Below the pieces are notes generated by a model, which had not been told where the DNA came from, did not search any database, and saw only the letters and a list, made by a program, of their open reading frames with translations. From Opitutales bacterium UBA2995 (lineage in GTDB: Bacteria > Verrucomicrobiota > Verrucomicrobiia > Opitutales > UBA2995): a DNA stretch of 64,000 nucleotides. The stretch spans positions 6,891-70,890 of the forward strand of contig DDZZ01000009.1 of assembly GCA_002346535.1 (NCBI GenBank), given 5' to 3'. Shown in pieces: positions 38,716 to 46,955 of the stretch (positions within the stretch are counted from its first letter, which is position 1; each line of letters opens with the position of its first letter). Position numbers and translations under genes: made by a program.

Positions 38716-41133
38716 TCAGTCCTTAAAGCGCTTGTCCTCGGGATTTCCGCCGCTGAGCACGTAAGCCACCAGGTCGTAAATTTCCTCTTTTTCTAAAAGG
38801 CTTAGCAATCCCGGAGGCATTGGCGATATCGGTGAAGGATCAATGCTTTTTACAAACTTGCGGTCGACTTGCACGCGTTGGTTCGGGTCGGTCAGGTCTG
38901 TATTGATGACAACACTGTCTCTGTTAAGGTTCACGATCACTCCATAGTGGGATGTTCCATCTATCATCGATACCTGAACAGGGACAAATTGTTCGTTGAT
39001 CTCTTTGCTTGGATTGATGATTTGGTCGAGGAAATCATAGGGTGAATACCGACCACCGGCTCCCGTCAAATCAGGTCCTTGGGCTCCTCCTTCGTTTTTG
39101 AAGCGATGGCAAGAGTAACAAGCGGTTGCCGCGAACATGTTGCGGCCTTGTTGAAAATCCCGGCCACTCATGTTATCCGCCGTATCGCTCAGGTCCTCCA
39201 AGGTCCAGTTGGTCACTTGGGTGCGTCCTGCCAAATTGGCCATGGCTGCATGAAGGGCTGACTTTACTTCCGGCTTGCGAGCTAGAACTTCTGCCAAGTC
39301 TGTTCGTTGCTGCTCGGTCAGGCTGGCTTCGGCATCTTTCCGAATATTTTCGATAAATATTTGAAAACTGGCACCGCCGCGATAATTGGCCGCCTTGAGG
39401 AACCATTCGAAATAATTGGTGCGCAACTCGTTCGTCCAACCATTTGTGAGCATACGAAGCGAGCGAGCGTATTCCAGCTGTTCTTCTTGAGTGGTCGCTT
39501 TATTCAAGAGCTCGATGGCTTTTTGAGCAGTGTTGGGAGCCTGCAAATAAACTAGGGTTTCACAAAGCAGGCGGTTGGCCTCCTGGGTTGCATCCGGAAA
39601 ATAAGGATCTAATTGGGCGATGATTCTTCTTACGAGTTTAATGGTGGGATCCCCGAATCGATTGAGCGCCACCTGAATAGTGCGAACCAGAGCCAGACGA
39701 TTTGTTTCGGACAACGAGCCATAGTCGAACTTTGAAAGAGAGCTTAGAATACGGTTTCCCAGGTTTCGGTTAACCGGCGGATCTGTTTCTTTACGATGAA
39801 AGGGGTCGATTCCTTCAACCCTTGTCAATGCCAGCAGTCCCTGAATCTTTCTTCCCGGATTTTTCTCTTTGAAGATCCGACCCATCCAGATAATAGGCGG
39901 CTGGCTTTCGATGGCAATGCGGGCTGCGTGCCGGATGAAGGGATCCTCATGATCGAGGTAGGGCCAGGCCGTAGCTACCGCATCGGAATTTTCCACGCCG
40001 TGGAACTGTTCTAGGTTCTTCCGAAGGTCGCGCGCTTTTTGCCCTCCTTGTTTATAGGCGACTGGTGAAGTGTCCTTGTCACCTACATAAGTGATTCGGT
40101 AGAGTCCGGATTGAACGCGGCGGCCACCTATGGTGAAGTACATGGCACCATCGTCGGGATAAATGATCAGGTCGGTGATTGGTAGGGGAATTCCGGATAC
40201 AAAGTTTTCCTTGTAACCCGTATAGCTGGAACCTTTCGGTTCCAAGTGGACGGTGTAAAGTTTCCCCCAGCTCCAATCCATTATGAAAAAGGCTTTTTGA
40301 TACTTGGCAGGAAACTTGGCGCCATATCCAAACAAAACGCCTGTGGGCGAACCGGGTCCGATGTCAACGCTCGCTGGCAGGCTGTCTGCATACCATTCAG
40401 CCCACTTGCCAGTTCCATTGCGCCAGCCGTAATCGGAACCGCTCACCACGTGGTTCACCCGTGTCGGTCGATACCAGGGTGTATTGAAATCCCACTCCAT
40501 GTCAGCGTCGTACGTGAAAAGTTCACCATCTGCATTAAAGTCCGCATCGAATATATTGCGGTAACCCATGGAAACGGCCTCCCAATGCGAACCGTCAGGT
40601 GAGACTTTATAGATGATTCCCGCTGGAGCCAGGCGGTGACGGTTGTGGTTACGTCCGTCCGGCATGCGTGGAAGCAAATGATCTTCTCCAAAATTGGGAT
40701 TGTATCGCGACAGGTCTACTTCGGTTGGTTCGGCGTTATTGCCACAAATGAGATAAAGGTGTTCACCATCGGGAGAGAGTTTAACCGCGTGTACGCCGTG
40801 GTCGCCGCGCGCAGGAATTTGGCGAAGCAGTTCAACATGGTCCAGCTTGTCATCGCCATTGGAATCGGTTATCCGGTAGAGGCCGGATTTTTCATTGTCG
40901 TTGTAATCATTGACTCCGACGTAGAGAGAATCAAAAGCCCAGAGCATTCCATTGACCGCTTTAATTTTGGCAGGGACTTCTTCAATGTCGGCAGGATTCA
41001 ATACTTCGCCGTTGGCCGGTGGTTTAAACCGATAAAGTCCTCCAAACTGGTCACTGGCGATAATGCGGTTTTTGCCATCAAGGCCCAAATTGATCCACGA
41101 ACCTTGAGTGGCTGCTGGAATGGAATACAGCAA
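38716..41133 (-). CDS. beta-propeller dehydrogenase - HEAT-like - cytochrome c protein, as called from a TTG. It is probably the 3' part of a longer frameshift-fused or split gene.
   Basis: CYSCHRFKNEGG heme site; propeller motifs. There is no signal peptide and no ATG/GTG. The reading frame stays open upstream to 41322 and encodes the conserved entry motif PDGFKVEL before the TTG. Confidence 0.7.
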   Translation of the reverse strand: MLYSIPAATQGSWINLGLDGKNRIIASDQFGGLYRFKPPANGEVLNPADIEEVPAKIKAVNGMLWAFDSLYVGVNDYNDNEKSGLYRITDSNGDDKLDHVELLRQIPARGDHGVHAVKLSPDGEHLYLICGNNAEPTEVDLSRYNPNFGEDHLLPRMPDGRNHNRHRLAPAGIIYKVSPDGSHWEAVSMGYRNIFDADFNADGELFTYDADMEWDFNTPWYRPTRVNHVVSGSDYGWRNGTGKWAEWYADSLPASVDIGPGSPTGVLFGYGAKFPAKYQKAFFIMDWSWGKLYTVHLEPKGSSYTGYKENFVSGIPLPITDLIIYPDDGAMYFTIGGRRVQSGLYRITYVGDKDTSPVAYKQGGQKARDLRKNLEQFHGVENSDAVATAWPYLDHEDPFIRHAARIAIESQPPIIWMGRIFKEKNPGRKIQGLLALTRVEGIDPFHRKETDPPVNRNLGNRILSSLSKFDYGSLSETNRLALVRTIQVALNRFGDPTIKLVRRIIAQLDPYFPDATQEANRLLCETLVYLQAPNTAQKAIELLNKATTQEEQLEYARSLRMLTNGWTNELRTNYFEWFLKAANYRGGASFQIFIENIRKDAEASLTEQQRTDLAEVLARKPEVKSALHAAMANLAGRTQVTNWTLEDLSDTADNMSGRDFQQGRNMFAATACYSCHRFKNEGGAQGPDLTGAGGRYSPYDFLDQIINPSKEINEQFVPVQVSMIDGTSHYGVIVNLNRDSVVINTDLTDPNQRVQVDRKFVKSIDPSPISPMPPGLLSLLEKEEIYDLVAYVLSGGNPEDKRFKD

Positions 41134-41210
41134 CTCTACTTTGAATCCGTCGGGGGCGAGAATGTCTTCTATGGGAGTGGCGCGATTTTCATTAATCGCG
41201 GTGCCTTGCT

Positions 41211-42008
41211 CTAATTCTTCAGTTTTTTTTTTAACCGAAACGTAGAGTTCTCCTCCAGCGCTTTCCTTGCATCTTGCCCACGAAGGTGCCTTATCTTCAC
41301 GTCTTTGACTCGGATGGTCATGTCAGGTCCCTGGTGCAGCTGTAATCCGATTTTGCCGTTGAGCTCTGTTGTTTCGTCCTGATCAGTCACGTCCACGGTT
41401 ACGACTCCGTTGATCAAATGAATGGACCTTCTTCCCACAGCTATAACTTCATATTCATTCCACTCGGACAGGTTGAATGGGGTACCGGGTGGGATTTCTC
41501 CGACCACCTGAATAGTGACCTTTCCCTTGTCGTTTCGTTCATTGGATACCCTGACCTCTTGCCCGCGCTGAGCGATAATTCCGCGGCCCGTTTGTTCACT
41601 ATAATACATGCCCTGATATTCGGGCTTTGGATGGATGTCCATTTGCGGACCCTTCAATCCATAAGAGACATCTTCCAGGTCCTGGGCGCGGTACATAATA
41701 CCGGAATTATTTTCACCTTCCATCCGAAGCTTTGCCTTGAGATGAAAGTTTCGCACGCGTGACCCTTCGTAAATCAGGAAGGTATTGGTTTTAATATTCT
41801 TACCTACCGTTGTGCCAACAATGGCTTCGTCTTCAATCCTCCAGAGATCAGATTGTCCTTCCCAATCATCCAGAGTTTTTCCGTCGAAAATGGATTCGAA
41901 TTGAGCCTGAGCCAAAGCTGTCAGGCAGGTACACAGCAGACTAACAGCGTAAAAGTTTTTAGATCTGCTTGTTTGCAAACAAGGCGGAGAAAAGAATCGA
42001 TTCGTCAT
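41211..42008 (-). CDS. DUF1080 domain protein with a signal peptide; ends 12 nt after an A10 tract
   Basis: FESIFDGKTLDDWEG...NSGIMYRA...GKIGLQLHQGPDMTIRVKDVKIRHL, then the linker-like tail RGQDARKALEENSTFRLKKKLKN*. Confidence 0.85.
   Translation of the reverse strand: MTNRFFSPPCLQTSRSKNFYAVSLLCTCLTALAQAQFESIFDGKTLDDWEGQSDLWRIEDEAIVGTTVGKNIKTNTFLIYEGSRVRNFHLKAKLRMEGENNSGIMYRAQDLEDVSYGLKGPQMDIHPKPEYQGMYYSEQTGRGIIAQRGQEVRVSNERNDKGKVTIQVVGEIPPGTPFNLSEWNEYEVIAVGRRSIHLINGVVTVDVTDQDETTELNGKIGLQLHQGPDMTIRVKDVKIRHLRGQDARKALEENSTFRLKKKLKN
41223..41232 (-). repeat. A10 homopolymer (T10 on the plus strand); candidate -1 frameshift, transcriptional slippage or indel site
   Basis: Counted directly. It lies in-frame as tta-aaa-aaa-aaa-ctg in the DUF1080 gene. 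Confidence 0.9.
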
Positions 42009-42156
42009 AAAAAGATGGGGTAGTCAATTGCCCGTATCGCACTGTCTAACAGTCTAAATAGGATTATAGCTATTTGATTGGAAATAAGGGCTTTCTTGCA
42101 AGAAACTTTCGGCAATTTTTGAGTATTGGCTGTTTCGTTTTCGATTTTCTTTGAAT

Positions 42157-42440
42157 TTAGTCTGCTTCTATATACGGCCAGAGCTGGGTTAACTCTGCAT
42201 TTCCCCAGGAAGGGGATGCAGCATTGTAATAACTTAAAGAACTATTTCCTTTGTTTATCAAGCCATGTTTTGCATTTGGAGGAATAAAGACACTATCGTC
42301 CAGTCCGACTTTTGCTGTCTCTTCACCCGTTGTCATATCGCCTTAATCTTGCAGTAAGAAATACCACTGTTATTGTTCATGGGAATGTTGGTGTGGAATC
42401 CTCCCGGCATGGGAATCTGGAAAATGGGAAAATGGATAAC
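42157..42440 (-). pseudogene. decayed cupin-domain gene with two in-frame TAA stops
   Basis: Hand translation: PDSHAGRIPHQHSHEQ*QWYFLLQD*GDMTTGEETAKVGLDDSVFIPPNAKHGLINKGNSSLSYYNAASPSW. The cupin pattern is H.H...E.yyiL.G.g.m.....v..gD.v.iP.n..H...N.g. TAA at 42370-42372 and 42343-42345. Confidence 0.6.
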
Positions 42441-42449
42441 GCTAGAACT

Positions 42450-44189
42450 CTATTTTTGAAATTTACTGCGCCAGATCAATGGAATGCCAAACAACACAAA
42501 GGCCATGATGATCCCGGCAATGATTTTTCCAGTTTCAATGGTCTTGATACGTTCTGATTCTACCAATCCCCAAGGAGACAATGCTACGTATAGTCCCACC
42601 ATAGTTACGACGGCCATTAAGGAAATTTTGGTGAAGTGTTTCCAGGGGGTGGTGTCAACGCCTTCCAACTCTGAAAAGCGTATACCTTCCTTGCAGTGTT
42701 TGGAAATTTTACCAATGATCAGGGCTACTGCCATGAAACTGACAAATAAAATAGCCATGTAATGCAGGTAGTGCAGGTCCGGTTGAACATACAGCATGAG
42801 GGTGCCGTAGATGAGGAGAAAAAGTATAATGCAGCAATTCATTACCTTAGTGGATACGGTTCGGGAAAAGTATCCTAACAGCATGGTCAACATAATCGGT
42901 GCGCCAAATAGACTATCCACCCGGACCATGAAATTAAAAATGCCGTCGGGAAAATACATGATGAAGGGTGCGATGGCCATGGTGGCTACAGCGATGACCA
43001 TACCGATACGCTTGCTGCGTTTGATGACTTCGTCATCGGTCAGGTTTTTTCCAAACAACGGTTTATACACATCCAGTGCAAAAATAGTTATTGAACTATT
43101 GAGCACTGAATTAAAAGTACTGAGGACTGCACCGAATATAGCCGCCGCAAAAAATCCGATGAACACCTCCGGCATGATGTCTTGAATGAGGAATGGATAG
43201 ACGGTATCCTTTCTTTCAAATGCGTTTGGTCCATAGAGGTGGAAGGCGATCACACCGGGCATTGCGATGTAGCAAATATTCAGGATTTTGAGGAATGCGG
43301 CGATCATGACGCCTTTTTGTCCTTCCTTCAGGCTACGGGCTCCCAACGTTCGTTGAACGATAAATTGATTGGTGCTCCAGAAGAAGAGGTTGTGGATGAG
43401 CATACCGGTAAAAAGCACCGAAAACGGAATGCCATCGGCCACGTCACCGACTGCGTCGAGGATTTCAGTATTTTTTGTCAGGATGGTCTCAAATCCTTGG
43501 ATGAGATTGTTTTTACCGACCTTGTAGATTCCAATAAAAAAGACCACTGCCCCTCCGATGAGTAGTCCAATGCCATTGAGCGCATCGGATATGGCTACAC
43601 CTTTAAGTCCACCAAACAAAGCGTAAAAACTGCCTGTAATGCCGAGTGACCAAACAAGGACCCAAATGACCGTTTCGTTGCTCAAACCGGTTATGTTGGA
43701 AATCTGAAACAGTTGGTCGATGACAATTGATCCTCCGTAGAGAGCCACCGGCATACCACTCAGGAGGTAGGAAAACAAAAACATTACTGCGATTATACGT
43801 CGGGTAGATCCACCAAAGCGGTTGTCCAGAAACTCCGGGATCGTCGTAAAGCCACCCTTTAGAAAAGTCGGAAGAAGAACTGCACTGTAATAAATCAGTA
43901 CCGGAATTACGGTGACGGTCCAGGCGATGGGTGAGAGGTTTCCTGTGTAAACGTTGCCGGTCATCCCTGTAAAATTTGCAGCACTAAGGTTGGTCAGTAG
44001 CAATGAGCCAGCTATGACCCAACCGTTCAAACTGTTGCCGGCCAGAAAGTAACCTTTGGAGGTTTGAAGGTTATCTTTGTGAGTACGCAGATAGGTAATA
44101 AGGCCAACCGATCCGGTGAAGAAGAGAAACGATAGCAGGGTACCCATATTGAGGGCTGAAGGATGAAAGGCGAAAGCTGAATAGGACAA
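42450..44189 (-). CDS. sodium:solute symporter (SSS) family transporter
   Basis: 579 aa, multi-TM, YFLAGNSLNGWVIAGSLLLTNLSAANFTG. The track start is TTG (44189); an ATG at 44147 is an equally good start. Confidence 0.85.
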   Translation of the reverse strand: MSYSAFAFHPSALNMGTLLSFLFFTGSVGLITYLRTHKDNLQTSKGYFLAGNSLNGWVIAGSLLLTNLSAANFTGMTGNVYTGNLSPIAWTVTVIPVLIYYSAVLLPTFLKGGFTTIPEFLDNRFGGSTRRIIAVMFLFSYLLSGMPVALYGGSIVIDQLFQISNITGLSNETVIWVLVWSLGITGSFYALFGGLKGVAISDALNGIGLLIGGAVVFFIGIYKVGKNNLIQGFETILTKNTEILDAVGDVADGIPFSVLFTGMLIHNLFFWSTNQFIVQRTLGARSLKEGQKGVMIAAFLKILNICYIAMPGVIAFHLYGPNAFERKDTVYPFLIQDIMPEVFIGFFAAAIFGAVLSTFNSVLNSSITIFALDVYKPLFGKNLTDDEVIKRSKRIGMVIAVATMAIAPFIMYFPDGIFNFMVRVDSLFGAPIMLTMLLGYFSRTVSTKVMNCCIILFLLIYGTLMLYVQPDLHYLHYMAILFVSFMAVALIIGKISKHCKEGIRFSELEGVDTTPWKHFTKISLMAVVTMVGLYVALSPWGLVESERIKTIETGKIIAGIIMAFVLFGIPLIWRSKFQK

Positions 44190-44332
44190 TCTTTATATTG
44201 GGTCGAGGGGCAAAGGGCGAGGGCCGAAGGTTTCAGGTTTTAATCCTGACCTTTCTACTTTGTCCTCTTCGTTTTTATCTTGGTCTCCTGCCGGTGGCTT
44301 TGAATCTGCGTATACGTTAATGATCGTTGATC

Positions 44333-44623
44333 TCAATTATGGTATCCCTTTTCCAGGGCATCCACCACCGCGATTACCCCAGCTACTATGGTTTCCGGTT
44401 TATCTTCGGTGAAATGAAAATTGTTTGTTCCGATCATAAGCAAAACAGCCTTGGGATCGAGTTTTCCCGTTGCTCCGTAAGTCAATCGCCAGAGCAGGTT
44501 TTGAGTCATGTCGCCCTCAATTCCGAAATTTAGAGCACGCAGGGGAGCAAAGTGTTTTTCTTAATACTTTTGCCCAGCGTGATTCCAGCCTTAGGTTATT
44601 GAGTCGCCGATAAAGACAATTTT
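44333..44623 (-). pseudogene. N-terminal remnant of a GDSL/SGNH esterase with two in-frame TAA stops
   Basis: Checked codon by codon: KIVFIGDSIT*GWNHAGQKY*EKHFAPLRALNFGIEGDMTQNLLWRL...LLMIGTNNF. SGNH blocks I-III are present and block V is missing. TAA at 44591-44593 and 44561-44563. Confidence 0.75.
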
Positions 44624-44788
44624 AATCTTGGATAGCTGACAGAATTCCTCATTAAGCCAAATGTTCAGGTGGCGGATTCGCAAAAATGTTAAGAGGAAAC
44701 TATTAGTGTTTGATACAAATCTAAATCATATATTTTATAAGATAATGAAAATCCCCCACCTCTGTGGCTTGGCCGTGCAGTCCTTTTA

Positions 44789-46891
44789 ATGCAAACGTTA
44801 CATAGACTTTATGGTTGGCCTTCCATTTTTGTACTTCTCCTTCTAACCTGGGGACTTTCGGCGCAGGTTAACACTGAACGATTGGATACAGTCGATCTGG
44901 ATACTTATGAGGTGCTTTCAGATTACCAATTTGAGGATATTCAGGTGAATTTTTCCCGATCGCTCTTGAACGAAAATGTTCTCGGCATTTACGGAGCCAA
45001 CCAGCTGCAAGACATGTCCGGCTTGGCGCCTAATCTAGCCTTTATCAACAGCGATACCCGGGGATTCGGTGACATCGTGTCCATGCGTGGTGGGGCCAAC
45101 TCGATTTTCTTTGGTTTACCCTCTGTGGGCCTTTATGTGGACGGCGTTCCTGGTGGCTCAGTTTCCACCTATCCTTCATCCTTATTTAATATAGCAAGTA
45201 TATCTCTGCTTTCAGGGCCTCAATCCACTTTTTACGGACGCAATGCATCCTCTGGAATGATCGACATCCAGACTCGGAGGCCGGGAAGCAATGCACGCCG
45301 GGCTGCCCAATTGGAGTATGGCTCTTACGATGCCAGAATTATCAGGGGATTGTTTGACGGTCCTATGAGTGATGAATCTGCCTACAGCATTTCTTTTGGA
45401 TACGATGCTCGTGACGGGTATATCGAAAACATCGCCACTAGGAAAACCGAGGATGATCGTGAGTCCATTCATGGCCGTGCAAACTTCTTCCTCAATCCAT
45501 CTGAAGACCTTGAAATTCGTTTTGGAGTGTTTGCTGAAAAAGTAGAGGACGGCGCAACGCGCCTCAGCTCTCTATTCAGCCCCGATCTCTTTGAAGTTTC
45601 ATCCAACGTGGATGGAATTACAAAGCTGGATCGACTTCAACTGCACTTTCAGCTCCGATTAGATTTAGATTCAGGTGCTTTGACGGCTACTACTTCATAT
45701 CAGGATTGGGATTTGAATCCTTCGTTGACCGATCTGGATTTGAGTACCCTGGATTTTGGATTTTCACGTGTCTTGCAGCAGGAAGAGCTACTGACTCAGG
45801 AGTTCCGTTTCGTTTCGGATCCAGCTGCTTCCGATATTCTTTGGATCGCCGGATTATTTTTCTTCGATTCAAAGACAGACGGCGATGCAACCCGCGAATT
45901 CCCTGTTCCGCCAAGTGACTTTGTACCTCCCGGGTTTATTCAAACCGAGCAAACCGTTTTCAGCATAGACCAACAAAATATTTCTGCCTATGTAAATGCT
46001 GAGACCGCCATTGGTGCCAGCACCTCGCTCAATGCGGGCGTTCGTATCCAGAATAGCGAATCCGAAATTTTCCGCACTAAGGATGCATCCAACAATTTCG
46101 GATTTCCCGGGCCACCGGAACCGGTCGTGGATGAATCTCAGAGTGAAACGGAATATGCCGGAACAGTAGGCATCGCTCACGAACTGAGCGAAATGGTGGA
46201 TCTTATTGTTAGGTCCTCCATTTCCCAAAAACCACAGGGTTATAGCGCCTTCACTTCGAACCCTGATTTTATTCAATTTTATTCGGAGCACTTGTGGTCC
46301 AACGAAGTCGGTATCAATTTCACTTCTGAAGAATCCATGATGAGCGGATCACTCATTGCGTTTTTCAACGATACGGACAATTACCAGTTCGAACGTACTG
46401 TTCCGTTTTCAACCGATTTTGTGGTCGTTAATGCCGAGAAAGTTTCCGCAGATGGTTTTGAGGGTAAACTGGTCCTGAATCCTTCACCGGGCTTGTTCCT
46501 GGATTTTCAGGCAGGGTTCGTGGATGCGACCTTTGCGAAGCATCGGAACGCCCTGGGACTTGATGTCTCCGGCAACCATGTGCCTTTTGTTCCTGAGTCG
46601 ACCTTGCGGGCCGGAATCCGCTTCGAATCGGAAAGGGGCTTTTTTGGAAGTACTTCCTATACTTCTTTCGGTAAAACTTACTACGATGAACAAAATCAGA
46701 GCAATTTTGCCCAATATAGTTTTGGTATATGGGACCTCCAGATCGGTTATCGCGATGAAAATATGACAGTTTCGGTTTATGGCCGCAATCTTTCCGACGA
46801 AATTTTTTATCAGTTTATGAATCCGGAAATTCAGGCAGGAAGTCCGGGCGCACCCAAGAGATTTGGCTTGCGCATGGATATTTTATACTAA
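44789..46891 (+). CDS. TonB-dependent outer-membrane receptor
   Basis: Signal peptide; plug region (GFGDIVSMRGG...VGLYVDGVP); long beta-barrel region; 700 aa. Confidence 0.85.
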   Translation: MQTLHRLYGWPSIFVLLLLTWGLSAQVNTERLDTVDLDTYEVLSDYQFEDIQVNFSRSLLNENVLGIYGANQLQDMSGLAPNLAFINSDTRGFGDIVSMRGGANSIFFGLPSVGLYVDGVPGGSVSTYPSSLFNIASISLLSGPQSTFYGRNASSGMIDIQTRRPGSNARRAAQLEYGSYDARIIRGLFDGPMSDESAYSISFGYDARDGYIENIATRKTEDDRESIHGRANFFLNPSEDLEIRFGVFAEKVEDGATRLSSLFSPDLFEVSSNVDGITKLDRLQLHFQLRLDLDSGALTATTSYQDWDLNPSLTDLDLSTLDFGFSRVLQQEELLTQEFRFVSDPAASDILWIAGLFFFDSKTDGDATREFPVPPSDFVPPGFIQTEQTVFSIDQQNISAYVNAETAIGASTSLNAGVRIQNSESEIFRTKDASNNFGFPGPPEPVVDESQSETEYAGTVGIAHELSEMVDLIVRSSISQKPQGYSAFTSNPDFIQFYSEHLWSNEVGINFTSEESMMSGSLIAFFNDTDNYQFERTVPFSTDFVVVNAEKVSADGFEGKLVLNPSPGLFLDFQAGFVDATFAKHRNALGLDVSGNHVPFVPESTLRAGIRFESERGFFGSTSYTSFGKTYYDEQNQSNFAQYSFGIWDLQIGYRDENMTVSVYGRNLSDEIFYQFMNPEIQAGSPGAPKRFGLRMDILY

Positions 46892-46955
46892 TTCACTTCA
46901 TTGAGGTTTTTGGGCTTTCCCTGGTTCATGTAACCTTTTTATCCGACCCTAAGTT

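Noticed and set aside
44624-44788. Riboswitch (for example cobalamin) upstream of the TonB-dependent receptor.
   Set aside because: I found no B12-box-like element or conserved multi-stem structure by eye. I cannot run a covariance model, so this is unconfirmed rather than excluded.
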